A stretch of 64,000 bases of DNA from Candidatus Cloacimonetes bacterium HGW-Cloacimonetes-1 (GCA_002841975.1 PHBQ01000017.1:33695-97694); one strand, 5' to 3'. Shown: positions 38,747-47,315, numbered from the stretch's first letter. The notes: generated from the sequence alone by a model not told the origin. Numbers and translations are program-made.

Positions 38747-38756
38747 TTTACACTCC

Positions 38757-40718
38757 TTATACAGGTTTGATCACTGCCAGTACTTGTCCCTTGCCTACAT
38801 TATCTCCGGCAGTAAGGGGTAGTGAAACCACGATACCTTTGACGGGGCAGGGAATATTATTATACATCTTCATAGCTTCCAAGACCAGTATTGTCTCACC
38901 CAGTTCTATCGTATCACCCACTTGCTTTTCATATTTGACCAGCATGCCGGGCATTGGCGCATTGACTGAAGTTCCGCCCTCAACATTTACCACCGGAGCT
39001 GGTGCAGCAGGTTTGGGAGCCGGTGCCGCAGGGGCAACGGGCTTGACCGCAGCTGGAGCAGTGCTCACGATCCGCGGAGTTCCACCCTTTTCGTTTACTT
39101 CCACCAGGAAATAATCATCATCGACATAGACGTCAAATTGACGGATTCCTTCCGGCTTGGCAGGGGCGACTTTCTCGGATTTTTCGACCAACTTTCCGGC
39201 TTTTGCCTTTTCCATGAGTTCGAGTTCCAGCTTTGCCGCTTCCAGGGTCTTGGGTTTCATATCTTCCGGCATCGGTTCCTTGCCATACTTGATTTTGAGG
39301 AATTTCTTACCGGTGAGGTTGTATAGAGCTGTGATCAATTCATCATCGAGGTCTTTGGCAAGGTCTTTCATCTCGGCATGAACACCGGGCATGGCAGGTT
39401 CGAGCACATCACCGGGACGGCAGGTAATCGGCTTTTCACCACGGGGATATCCCACCAAAGCTCGGGCTTGGACGTCCGGATCCATTGGCAGTGTGGTTTT
39501 GCCATAAAGGCCGTAGCAAAGGTCCTTTACTTGTTCTGTAAACCGGGCATATTCACCGTCTTTGGTGTCAAAGAGGGCATTATTGACTGCCTGAATACCC
39601 ACGATCTGGCTGGTGGGTGTCACCAACGGAATCATTCCCAGATCCTTGCGGACTTTGGGGATTTCCTTGAACACATCATCCAGTTTGTCCAGTTCATCCA
39701 TCTGACGCAATTGATTTACCAGATTGGACAGCATTCCGCCCGGAGTCTGATGAATGATCACATCGGTATCGATGATGGAATATTTGGTATTATCGGCAAA
39801 TTGGAGGTATTTGGGAATATCTTTTTCCATTTCTTTGCCGATGGCATTGAGCAATTTGATATCAAGGCCGGTATCGCGATTGGTGCCCAAGAGGGTATTG
39901 ACCAAAGGCTCGACCGCAGGATGTGAGGTGCGATAGGCATAGGGAGCCATGCAAGTATCGATGATGTCGACACCGGCTTCGACGGCTTTGAGCAATGCCA
40001 GATCTCCCATCCCGGAGGTGAAATGCGTGTGCAAATGAATCGGTACCGCGACGTTGACTTTGAGTGCCCGTACCAGATTGTATGCATCATAAGGGGCTAC
40101 CAGGCCTGCCATATCTTTGATGCAGATCGAATCTGCACCCATATCTTCGAGGATTTTGGCTTTGTTTACATAATACTCGACGTTATATACATCCCCGCCC
40201 ATCCGTTGTTCGGTCAGCGAGTAGCAGATGGTTCCCTGAAAGTGTTTGCCGTTCTTTTTGATGATCTTGACGGCGGTTTCGAAATTGCGGAAGTCATTGA
40301 GTGCATCAAAGACGCGGAAAATATCGATCCCGTTATCGCAAGCTCTCTGCACAAAGGCTTCTACCACATCGTCTGCGTAGTTCTGATAGCCTACCAGGTT
40401 CTGTCCGCGGAGGAGCATCGAAAAAGGAGTATTCTTGATATACTTTTTGAGAGTGCGGATGCGTTCCCAAGGATCTTCACCCAGGTAACGGTGCATGGTA
40501 TCAAAGGTCGCACCACCCCATACTTCCATGGAATGGAACCCCACGGAATCCATCTGTTCTGCCACCTTGATCATGTCTTCGGTTCTGCCACGAGTCGCAA
40601 ATAGGGACTGGTGACCGTCACGGAAGGTCAGATCTTGAATCTTGATCGGATTAGCTGCTTTGGGGCGATTCGGCTCATAGCGCATCGCTGTCATTTCCAA
40701 GACGCCGTGTTTATCCAT
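38757..40718 (-). CDS. Carboxyltransferase 5S subunit (oxaloacetate decarboxylase alpha / pyruvate carboxylase B type) fused to a biotin carboxyl carrier domain
   Basis: [14 protein letters not shown]-like TIM barrel, Pro/Ala linker [22 protein letters not shown] and biotinyl-lysine motif VLEAMKMYN. Confidence 0.9.
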   Translation of the reverse strand: MDKHGVLEMTAMRYEPNRPKAANPIKIQDLTFRDGHQSLFATRGRTEDMIKVAEQMDSVGFHSMEVWGGATFDTMHRYLGEDPWERIRTLKKYIKNTPFSMLLRGQNLVGYQNYADDVVEAFVQRACDNGIDIFRVFDALNDFRNFETAVKIIKKNGKHFQGTICYSLTEQRMGGDVYNVEYYVNKAKILEDMGADSICIKDMAGLVAPYDAYNLVRALKVNVAVPIHLHTHFTSGMGDLALLKAVEAGVDIIDTCMAPYAYRTSHPAVEPLVNTLLGTNRDTGLDIKLLNAIGKEMEKDIPKYLQFADNTKYSIIDTDVIIHQTPGGMLSNLVNQLRQMDELDKLDDVFKEIPKVRKDLGMIPLVTPTSQIVGIQAVNNALFDTKDGEYARFTEQVKDLCYGLYGKTTLPMDPDVQARALVGYPRGEKPITCRPGDVLEPAMPGVHAEMKDLAKDLDDELITALYNLTGKKFLKIKYGKEPMPEDMKPKTLEAAKLELELMEKAKAGKLVEKSEKVAPAKPEGIRQFDVYVDDDYFLVEVNEKGGTPRIVSTAPAAVKPVAPAAPAPKPAAPAPVVNVEGGTSVNAPMPGMLVKYEKQVGDTIELGETILVLEAMKMYNNIPCPVKGIVVSLPLTAGDNVGKGQVLAVIKPV

Positions 40719-40730
40719 AAATAGCTCCTT

Positions 40731-40928
40731 TTATCTCGTTCTTTTGATTATTCTGCGTTGGGTGATATCCCGATATTGCATGGTCTGCGTCCTGCCATAG
40801 GCACTCCAAGGAGTGGGCAGGGTCGGGGCCACGGTCGGAACATACGTTTCTGTGGGTTCATTCGATAAATATGCAATGACACCGGAGAGTGCCGCCACTT
40901 GCTTTTTTCTATCTTCCATTTCCACCAT
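40731..40928 (-). CDS. Small hypothetical protein packed between the 12S and 5S carboxyltransferase genes (possible small subunit)
   Basis: ATG 40928 follows the 12S stop (40930-40932) by 1 nt. The product MVEMEDRKKQVAALSGVIAYLSNEP... is reminiscent of small decarboxylase/transcarboxylase accessory subunits. The longer track ORF (to 41000) would overlap the 12S gene. Confidence 0.45.
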   Translation of the reverse strand: MVEMEDRKKQVAALSGVIAYLSNEPTETYVPTVAPTLPTPWSAYGRTQTMQYRDITQRRIIKRTR

Positions 40929-40929
40929 C

Positions 40930-42483
40930 CTATACCGGGATGTTTCCATGTTTCTTGGGAGGTAGGCTTTCGCTCTTGGTACACAGCACTTCGAGGGCAT
41001 CGATCAGGCGTTTACGCGTCTCGGAAGGACGGATCACGGCATCGACATAGCCACGGGAGGCTGCTACATAAGGATTGTTGAACTGTTCTTCATAGATGCC
41101 GATCATCTCTGCCCGTTTGGCGACCTTGTCCGCGGCGGAATTGATCTCTTTGCGGAAGATGATATTGGCGGCACCTTGGGCACCCATCACTGCGATTTCT
41201 GCACCCGGCCAGGAAAAGACCATGTCTGCTCCCAAATGGCGGGAACTCATGGCGATGTACGAACCACCATAATCCTTGCGGGTCACCACTGTCAGCTTTG
41301 GCACTGTGGCTTCGGAATAGCACCACAAGAGCTTGGCTCCGTGACGAATGATGCCGTTCCATTCCTGATGCGTACCGGGCAAATAGCCGGGAACATCGAC
41401 CAGAGTGAGCAGCGGAATATTAAAAGAATCACAGAAACGGATAAAGCGGGTCGCCTTGTCCGAGGCATCTATGTCGAGGCATCCTGCCAGCACTGCGGGT
41501 TGGCTGGCGATAATCCCCACCACGCGTCCATTCAAACGGCAAAATCCCACCAGGATATTCTGTGCGAACAGCTCGTGAGGCTCAAAGAATGTACCGTTAT
41601 CCACAATACTGCGGATCACGTCACGCATGTTGTAGCTCATCCGCGGATCATCCGGAATGATGCTATCGAGTTCGGGGCACAAGCGCCAGGGATCGTCCGT
41701 AGGCTCGAGGCGCGGCGGATCTTCCATGTTGTTCGAAGGCAGGTAACTCAATAAAGTTTTGATCTGGTCTATGGCATCGGCATCGCTTTCACAGGCAAAG
41801 TGAGCATTTCCGCTCTTCGTGTTGTGCGCAATTGCTCCGCCCAACTCTTCCTGAGTGGTCTCTTCACCGGTAACGGTACGGATCACGTCCGGACCTGTGA
41901 TAAACATAAAACTGGTGTTTTTGACCATGAAGACATAGTCCGTCATGGCTGGTGAATATACGGCTCCCCCAGCACAGGGTCCCATGATCGCTGTGAGCTG
42001 TGGGATCACGCCACTGGCACGGGAATTGCGGAAAAAGATGTCACCATAACCACGCAGGGCATCAACGCCTTCCTGGATCCGGGCTCCACCCGAATCGTTG
42101 ATTCCCACCACCGGCACACCGGAGCGAAGTGCCAGATCCATCACCTTGCAGATCTTGGCGGCGTGCATTTCACCCAGGCTACCACCGCGGGCAGTGAAGT
42201 CCTGTGAAAATGCAAAGACCGGACGGCCATTCACCAGTCCGTGTCCTGTTACCACTCCATCCGAAGGGATTTCGATCTTTTCCATACCAAAATTGTCGCA
42301 ACGATGCTGGACAAACATATCCAGTTCACGAAAAGTCCCGGCATCAAATAGCAGATCCAGACGCTCGCGCGCCGTCAGCTTACCACCGTCATGTTGTTTT
42401 TGGATTGCTGCTGCTCCACCCATCTGCAAGATTTTTGCTTCTTTTTCGATGAGCTTGCTAATTGCATCTTTTCCAGATTGCAT
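40930..42483 (-). CDS. Methylmalonyl-CoA carboxyltransferase 12S subunit / propionyl-CoA carboxylase beta-type carboxyltransferase
   Basis: The sequence is typical of acyl-CoA carboxyltransferase ([51 protein letters not shown]). ATG 42483 is preceded by AAGGAG, so it is preferred over the track start at 42585. Confidence 0.9.
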   Translation of the reverse strand: MQSGKDAISKLIEKEAKILQMGGAAAIQKQHDGGKLTARERLDLLFDAGTFRELDMFVQHRCDNFGMEKIEIPSDGVVTGHGLVNGRPVFAFSQDFTARGGSLGEMHAAKICKVMDLALRSGVPVVGINDSGGARIQEGVDALRGYGDIFFRNSRASGVIPQLTAIMGPCAGGAVYSPAMTDYVFMVKNTSFMFITGPDVIRTVTGEETTQEELGGAIAHNTKSGNAHFACESDADAIDQIKTLLSYLPSNNMEDPPRLEPTDDPWRLCPELDSIIPDDPRMSYNMRDVIRSIVDNGTFFEPHELFAQNILVGFCRLNGRVVGIIASQPAVLAGCLDIDASDKATRFIRFCDSFNIPLLTLVDVPGYLPGTHQEWNGIIRHGAKLLWCYSEATVPKLTVVTRKDYGGSYIAMSSRHLGADMVFSWPGAEIAVMGAQGAANIIFRKEINSAADKVAKRAEMIGIYEEQFNNPYVAASRGYVDAVIRPSETRKRLIDALEVLCTKSESLPPKKHGNIPV

Positions 42484-42615
42484 ATCAACTCCTTTAAGCT
42501 GCTTGTATATCAATTTATTACAAATCAAGGTATAGGAATTTTCCTGTAGAGCTGTATCCCATATCTTTTCAGAATCGTCAAGCAAAATCTCTGGGAGGCT
42601 GTTGCACTCTTCGTA

Positions 42616-42962
42616 CCGGAGCTTGCTGAAGCTCCGATCTTTCTTCTTTTGCGGAGGATCGGCATCCTCCGGCTACGAAAAAGGTTCTGCCCACCGAGCT
42701 TGGGAGCGAGAACCTGCTCCCTCTCCAGTTCTGGAAGTCTGGGTCCCCAATCGTCAACTTGTTGGCTGTAGGTGTTTGGGGTGAAGAGAGCTGGGGTGAG
42801 TGAAGCCTAAGGTGGAGCGCAGCGGAACCTCAGGAAACACACACCCAACACAGTTTTAGTCCTGGAGGGGCGGCACAAACGTGGTTTGGGAAAAGGGCAG
42901 ACATGCAGGTCTGCCCCTATGGTAAACTCTGTGTTACTATAGCAGGAACGGCGTCCTGCTCG
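42616..42962. repeat. Mosaic repeat block on the left flank of the AT-rich island
   Basis: Its order is a CB two-hairpin unit (42616-42677), aacctgctccctctccagttctgg (42711-), gggaaaagggcagacatgcaggtctgcccct (42888-42918), gtgttactat, then aggaacggcgtcctgctc. The same modules occur in the same order at 46478-46656. Confidence 0.75.
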
Positions 42963-43125
42963 ATTTGGATTACCTTTGTTTCCGGAGTCGATCCAGGTTG
43001 TCGCTTTATCTCTGCCATGACAGGTTCGTTGTACCAAGGTCTATGCCCAGTATCCTCACGGGCTTGCCGCACTTAGATGACACAAACACGCTAGTCATAC
43101 AAATCTCCCAAAATCATATACCTCA

Positions 43126-44067
43126 TTACTGTGTTCTGGTAATTATCCAATTAGCCAACCCCGCTGACATCGCCAGTTTAGCAATCTCTTCCGCAAACAG
43201 TAAGTTCGCATTTGTATTAGCAGTTTCTTTTTTGTATTTGATCAGATTCTTAGCAGGGCTATGTGCGAAAAAGAAGAGTTTTCCATTGTCAGGCAACGCA
43301 TCTTTGTACTCTTCATATTCCTTTTTGGTCGCCCTAGATTTAACTTGAACCCATGCCCTATCTCCAGTTAATGGGTCAACTAAGTCAATATCTAATGTCT
43401 TCTGAGTTCCACCAACCTTTGAAACCCTTTCCCATCCCACATGGCGTATAATCAGATCAATGAGGAGCTCAAAATCGCTCCAAGTCAGGGATTGGATCAA
43501 GGGCATTAACGCCTTCTCAAGATCTTGAAAACACTCATTTGCCATGTCGTTGTGCTCTGTCCTGCGTCCATTGATTTTGCGAATAATGTAGTCTGTATCT
43601 GTTAAATCATACTCGCAAATTGTTCCAAGAAATCCTCTTTTTGCTGTTATCCGACCGTTGATATTGCTCATGTACAAGATGTTTCCATTAATGTCCCTAT
43701 CACTCCAACCAAGAGGAGATGATTTGATCTTCAGGTTTTCTGATATTTGCTCAATGTCTTTGTCGGCTTTGCACCACCACATTTTGTTGTCATGAAAAGT
43801 AATCCATATTGTCTCTGAATTAGCTGTATAGAAATACTTCACTTGTTTTACGTGATTTTTCGCTGTAGTTATGTTTGTTTTCATCCCATCGACGAAGTGT
43901 TTTATGACTCCATCCCACTTTTGATCTACACATAATTGATGATCCACCTCTCGATAATCGAGCATGACTTGACCATTGTTTCTGCACTTTTCAAAGAAAG
44001 AGCTTCCTTTACCAAGCCTAATAAATAGTGCATTTGATGCTGTTACTTCTTTGTCTCTTGTTTTCAT
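43126..44067 (-). CDS. Unknown N-terminal domain (~190 aa) fused to an Mrr-type PD-(D/E)xK restriction endonuclease domain
   Basis: The C-terminal block LTWSDFELLIDLIIRHVGWERVSKVGGTQKTLDIDLVDPLTGDRAWVQVKSR fits the Mrr_cat pattern (W.DFE.L ... D.D ... Q.K). I do not recognise the N-terminal half. Confidence 0.7.
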   Translation of the reverse strand: MKTRDKEVTASNALFIRLGKGSSFFEKCRNNGQVMLDYREVDHQLCVDQKWDGVIKHFVDGMKTNITTAKNHVKQVKYFYTANSETIWITFHDNKMWWCKADKDIEQISENLKIKSSPLGWSDRDINGNILYMSNINGRITAKRGFLGTICEYDLTDTDYIIRKINGRRTEHNDMANECFQDLEKALMPLIQSLTWSDFELLIDLIIRHVGWERVSKVGGTQKTLDIDLVDPLTGDRAWVQVKSRATKKEYEEYKDALPDNGKLFFFAHSPAKNLIKYKKETANTNANLLFAEEIAKLAMSAGLANWIITRTQ

Positions 44068-44107
44068 TATTACTCCTTTGTTTGCCTGGTTAATTGTAAC
44101 ATATTCT

Positions 44108-44854
44108 TTAGATCGTCCGCGCTTTTATGTGGTAGTCTATGCTTTTCATCCGACAGAAATCTATAACTATATCTACTGAATCATTATAGAAATCTTGAAA
44201 TCCCTTGTAGGCTGATACCAACTTATTATAGTGCAATCTCCCAAAGATAATCCTATCAGTGAAGGAAACTTGACTAAGTAAAGATCCCAGGTCTTGCTTA
44301 ACTATATTTGGTGTGGGATACGGCTCTATACTCACCCATGTTTTACAACCCATGTCGTGCAAGTTCTTCATGCTTGCCAATCGAGTGTGATAATCTGCAG
44401 AAAAGGGCTCGTACTGCTTTCTAAAGCCTTCATCGAAAGAAACCAAAGAAATGCCCCACTCATGCTTTCTATCAGACTTCGAAAGCTCGTGAGGGAGAAC
44501 TCCCTTAGTAAGAGCAGTGCATTTTATACCATAATGATCCAATAGCTTGATGATCTCCAGGCTCATTTCAGTTACTTCAGGATATCCATACATAAATGGG
44601 TCGGTGGTAAAGCAAAGATGCACGGATTTGATACTTTTCTGCTTCTTGGGAATCTCTTTCTTTAACAGATCGAGAGCGTTTTCAACGAGCTTGGGTTCCA
44701 GCCAATCTTGATAATCTTTTACCCTGCCGAATCTGCGAGCCATCATGTAAGCATAACAGGGATATGTGCAACCATGAGAACAACCCAACACGTGGTTAAT
44801 TGTGTAGTCGCCGTATTCAACACCGGTTTTGTATAGTAAGGTTTTTCTTATCAT
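44108..44854 (-). CDS. Radical-SAM-like TIM-barrel protein with a three-Cys motif (SPL/COG1533 or Gp37/Gp68 DUF5131 type)
   Basis: 248 aa. Cys triad GCSHGCTYPCYAY near the N-terminus. Downstream blocks HLCFTTDPF, ALTKGV, ISLVSFD and WVSIEPYP resemble SplB-like/Gp37-like proteins. The start lies 2 nt after the TcmP-like gene's stop. Confidence 0.65.
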   Translation of the reverse strand: MIRKTLLYKTGVEYGDYTINHVLGCSHGCTYPCYAYMMARRFGRVKDYQDWLEPKLVENALDLLKKEIPKKQKSIKSVHLCFTTDPFMYGYPEVTEMSLEIIKLLDHYGIKCTALTKGVLPHELSKSDRKHEWGISLVSFDEGFRKQYEPFSADYHTRLASMKNLHDMGCKTWVSIEPYPTPNIVKQDLGSLLSQVSFTDRIIFGRLHYNKLVSAYKGFQDFYNDSVDIVIDFCRMKSIDYHIKARTI

Positions 44855-44856
44855 GT

Positions 44857-45957
44857 TTAATAAATCTCAATTATGTCTTTTTTGGTCGGTTTACTGCTTT
44901 GCCTCATCGATGATACACGCACTATGTTCGCCAAATTGTTATTATACAGATTCAAAACAGCAAAAGATATGTCTTTGCCAAGATATGGTGTGGTATCTAT
45001 CATTTTATCAAGCAGTTCATCGAATGATAATCGTAACTTCTTGAAGTTAGTACAAATATACGATTCGATCTCTTGAACAGGATCTTCAATTAGATCGAAA
45101 ATGAAACTCTGGTTCTGATTTTTACCTATATACTCTATCTTTCCATGATTCAACTCGGCAAAACAAGCCTTCATGATCTCACATCCACGTATATGATTAG
45201 TTAAATGAATCATGTAAAAGTAAGTCCGATCTATCGCTGGAAAACAAATCCTATATGGGAGGACATATCTCGAGAACTGCTTGAATTGGTTCCTTATCAA
45301 GTCTATAATGCACGCTTCTCGTTCAATTCCGTGAAGCTGTTGGCAATCCCTCCATTCAGTGCAACCGAATAGTTCATCCATTGTGTTGTCAACTTTCCCC
45401 GAACTAATGCCTCTATTAACAGCATTGAACATAAAATTGAAATATACTTCGCTGTTTTTAACCTCCATTAGGCGTTTTATTGTATTTATCTTGATTTTAT
45501 ACCCATATGGATCAACTAAAAAGAAAGTAGGATATAGCTTCTTTCCTTCATTGCTAAGATTCGTAAGTAAACTGTTTATGTAAGTATCGAAATCATCATT
45601 GTATAACTCGTACTCGCAAATACAGTTGAAATACTTAAAAGCATGGGGGATGTTATCAGTACATCTCTTGTCGGTATCGAGTATTGTGATACAGCAATCT
45701 CTATCCAGAGTTCGCGCATTGTTTTCAATGACCTCTGCCGCTATTATCGGGCTACCTGGGTGCAGAACACTGTCCTTATCATACATACCACATCCCCCAA
45801 AACAATCGATGAAATTTAACGCACCTGCATGCCCCACTATTTTGACCCATTTATCGAAGTATGATTTGAAGACTTGATGCTTAATCATTGTCTGCTCCTC
45901 ATATACAAAAGCAAAATAGGGCTTTCCAGGGTATTTAATAACGTCGTGAGTCGCCAT
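44857..45957 (-). CDS. TcmP-like protein (three-Cys-motif partner protein, methyltransferase-like fold)
   Basis: 366 aa. The motif series FIDCFGGCGMY ... GSPIIAAEV ... FFLVDPYGYK ... FNFMFNAVNR ... LFGCTEWRD matches my recollection of TIGR04474. D-x-F-x-G-x-G resembles SAM-binding motif I. Confidence 0.6.
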   Translation of the reverse strand: MATHDVIKYPGKPYFAFVYEEQTMIKHQVFKSYFDKWVKIVGHAGALNFIDCFGGCGMYDKDSVLHPGSPIIAAEVIENNARTLDRDCCITILDTDKRCTDNIPHAFKYFNCICEYELYNDDFDTYINSLLTNLSNEGKKLYPTFFLVDPYGYKIKINTIKRLMEVKNSEVYFNFMFNAVNRGISSGKVDNTMDELFGCTEWRDCQQLHGIEREACIIDLIRNQFKQFSRYVLPYRICFPAIDRTYFYMIHLTNHIRGCEIMKACFAELNHGKIEYIGKNQNQSFIFDLIEDPVQEIESYICTNFKKLRLSFDELLDKMIDTTPYLGKDISFAVLNLYNNNLANIVRVSSMRQSSKPTKKDIIEIY

Positions 45958-45974
45958 AATTCTTACTAAACCTC

Positions 45975-46184
45975 CTAATTATCGAATGTCCTTGCTTTGC
46001 GCAGTCTATTTGCAGTAAGTTCCAGTAACCCGGCATAGAGAGCTTTGATCTCTGGCTCCGTCAATCCCAGGGCAGCAAAGACCACATCATCCAAGGCCTT
46101 TCTATCCGGCAAGGGATTGGCATTCATAAAAGAGCTGGACTCAGGATCAACCTGCAACTCATGAAAAATACTATTCATAATCAC
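45975..46184 (-). pseudogene. Probable C-terminal remnant of a DNA methyltransferase (type IIG / N6-MTase style tail)
   Basis: 69-aa ORF. The motif RKALDDVVFAALGLTEPEIKALYAGLLELTANRLRKA resembles the conserved C-terminal (E/K)LD..V....GLT..E...(V/L)Y.....L...R..KA tail of many R-M methyltransferases. No catalytic part exists upstream; repeats and a hairpin follow instead. Confidence 0.45.
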
Positions 46185-46359
46185 CTCTTATACTTATATC
46201 AATATTTTTCCCTATTTATGTCAAGTAATTTTAATGCTGCTCAAACCAGCTGAAGATGGTGGACCAACCGGCTAAAGCCAGCGTTACCCATACGGGGCGG
46301 TCACTTTCAGCGTTCTGCGGACTCTGGAACATCCCCATTCCATGAAGCTTCCTTATTGA

Positions 46360-46428
46360 GTTGTGGCTATGATGTGGCTATGCCGCCCTATGATTCATGG
46401 GGCGGCATAGCCACATCATAGCCACAAC
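46360..46428. repeat. 29-bp perfect inverted repeat (long hairpin) with an 11-nt loop
   Basis: gttgtggctatgatgtggctatgccgccc (46360-46388), loop tatgattcatg, then gggcggcatagccacatcatagccacaac (46400-46428). I verified the arms base by base as exact reverse complements. Confidence 0.9.
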
Positions 46429-46477
46429 TAAGTAAGGGAGCGGTAGTTTTCGGAAAGGCTGAATGCCGGGCTTGCAA

Positions 46478-46720
46478 AACCTGCTCCCTCTCCCGTTCTG
46501 GGAGTCGGGGTGTTTTGGGAAAAGGGCAGACACGCAGGTCTGCCCCTACTGGAAAATCCGTGTGAATCCGTTTCATCCATATTATCCGTGTTACTATTCC
46601 ATTATCATTTTTCTTTACTGCCATGACACTCAGTAGGATCGGCGTCCTGCTCTACAGCGTAGCGGAGCTTTCTGAAGCTCCGAGTCTTTTCCTTTAGTAG
46701 GATCGGAATCCTACTCTACG
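46478..46720. repeat. Mosaic repeat block on the right flank of the AT-rich island
   Basis: aacctgctccctctcccgttctgg, gggaaaagggcagacacgcaggtctgcccct, gtgttactat, aggatcggcgtcctgctc, then a diverged CB unit (gcggagctttctgaagctccg ... gtaggatcggaatcctactctacg). It has the same orientation as 42616-42962. Confidence 0.75.
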
Positions 46721-46867
46721 GGGGAAGAAATAATTTATTCCTTGACCGCATATCAATTGTTATAAATAATGGCATTGCACATCTGAAAGTATTGTGTCAC
46801 ATAGATGTAGAACGCTTTCATCAATTTGAAAACGAATGTAATATCACAAATATCATAAGGAGGACTT

Positions 46868-47314
46868 ATGACAATCATCACGAAAATCAAAACTGCCACA
46901 GAACTCGAGCAATTCGCCTCATTGGAGGCAACTGTCGATTTTCTGCATCAGCATCTCGGCAAATTCCGCGACGAAAAAACTGCCATCGCCAAAGCGATCG
47001 AATATATATTCTCTGATCCCACCGGAAACAAAGGCTTTCTCATGCTCGCCACCCAGGAATCTCAGATAGTAGGTTGCCTGGTCATGAACGGCACCGGCAT
47101 GGATGAATATATCCCCGCCAATATCCTGGTCTATATCGCTGTGCATGAAGACATGCGCGGCAAAGGCATTGGCAAGCAGATCATAGAAGCCTCCCAAAAG
47201 GAAGTAAATGGCTCAATTGCTCTGCACGTGGAATACGATAATCCCGCCCAAAATCTCTATAAACGCCTGGGATTTTCCAGCAAATATGCCGAAATGAGGT
47301 GGGCACGGAACTGA
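46868..47314 (+). CDS. GNAT family N-acetyltransferase
   Basis: 148 aa. Acetyl-CoA motif A is HEDMRGKGIGKQII. AAGGAGGA Shine-Dalgarno upstream. Confidence 0.85.
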   Translation: MTIITKIKTATELEQFASLEATVDFLHQHLGKFRDEKTAIAKAIEYIFSDPTGNKGFLMLATQESQIVGCLVMNGTGMDEYIPANILVYIAVHEDMRGKGIGKQIIEASQKEVNGSIALHVEYDNPAQNLYKRLGFSSKYAEMRWARN

Positions 47315-47315
47315 T

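Noticed and set aside
38747-38756. PyrR-binding attenuator or leader upstream of pyrR
   Set aside because: Only 10 nt separate pyrR from the upstream gene's stop, leaving no room for an antiterminator/terminator leader.
39138-41754. Several 60-190-aa plus-strand ORFs
   Set aside because: They are antisense shadows inside the 5S and 12S carboxyltransferase genes.
42616-46720. Calling the island an integrative mobile element or transposon
   Set aside because: No integrase, transposase or recombinase gene is present, there is no adjacent tRNA, and I see no clear terminal inverted repeats. I report it only as a repeat-flanked AT-rich island.
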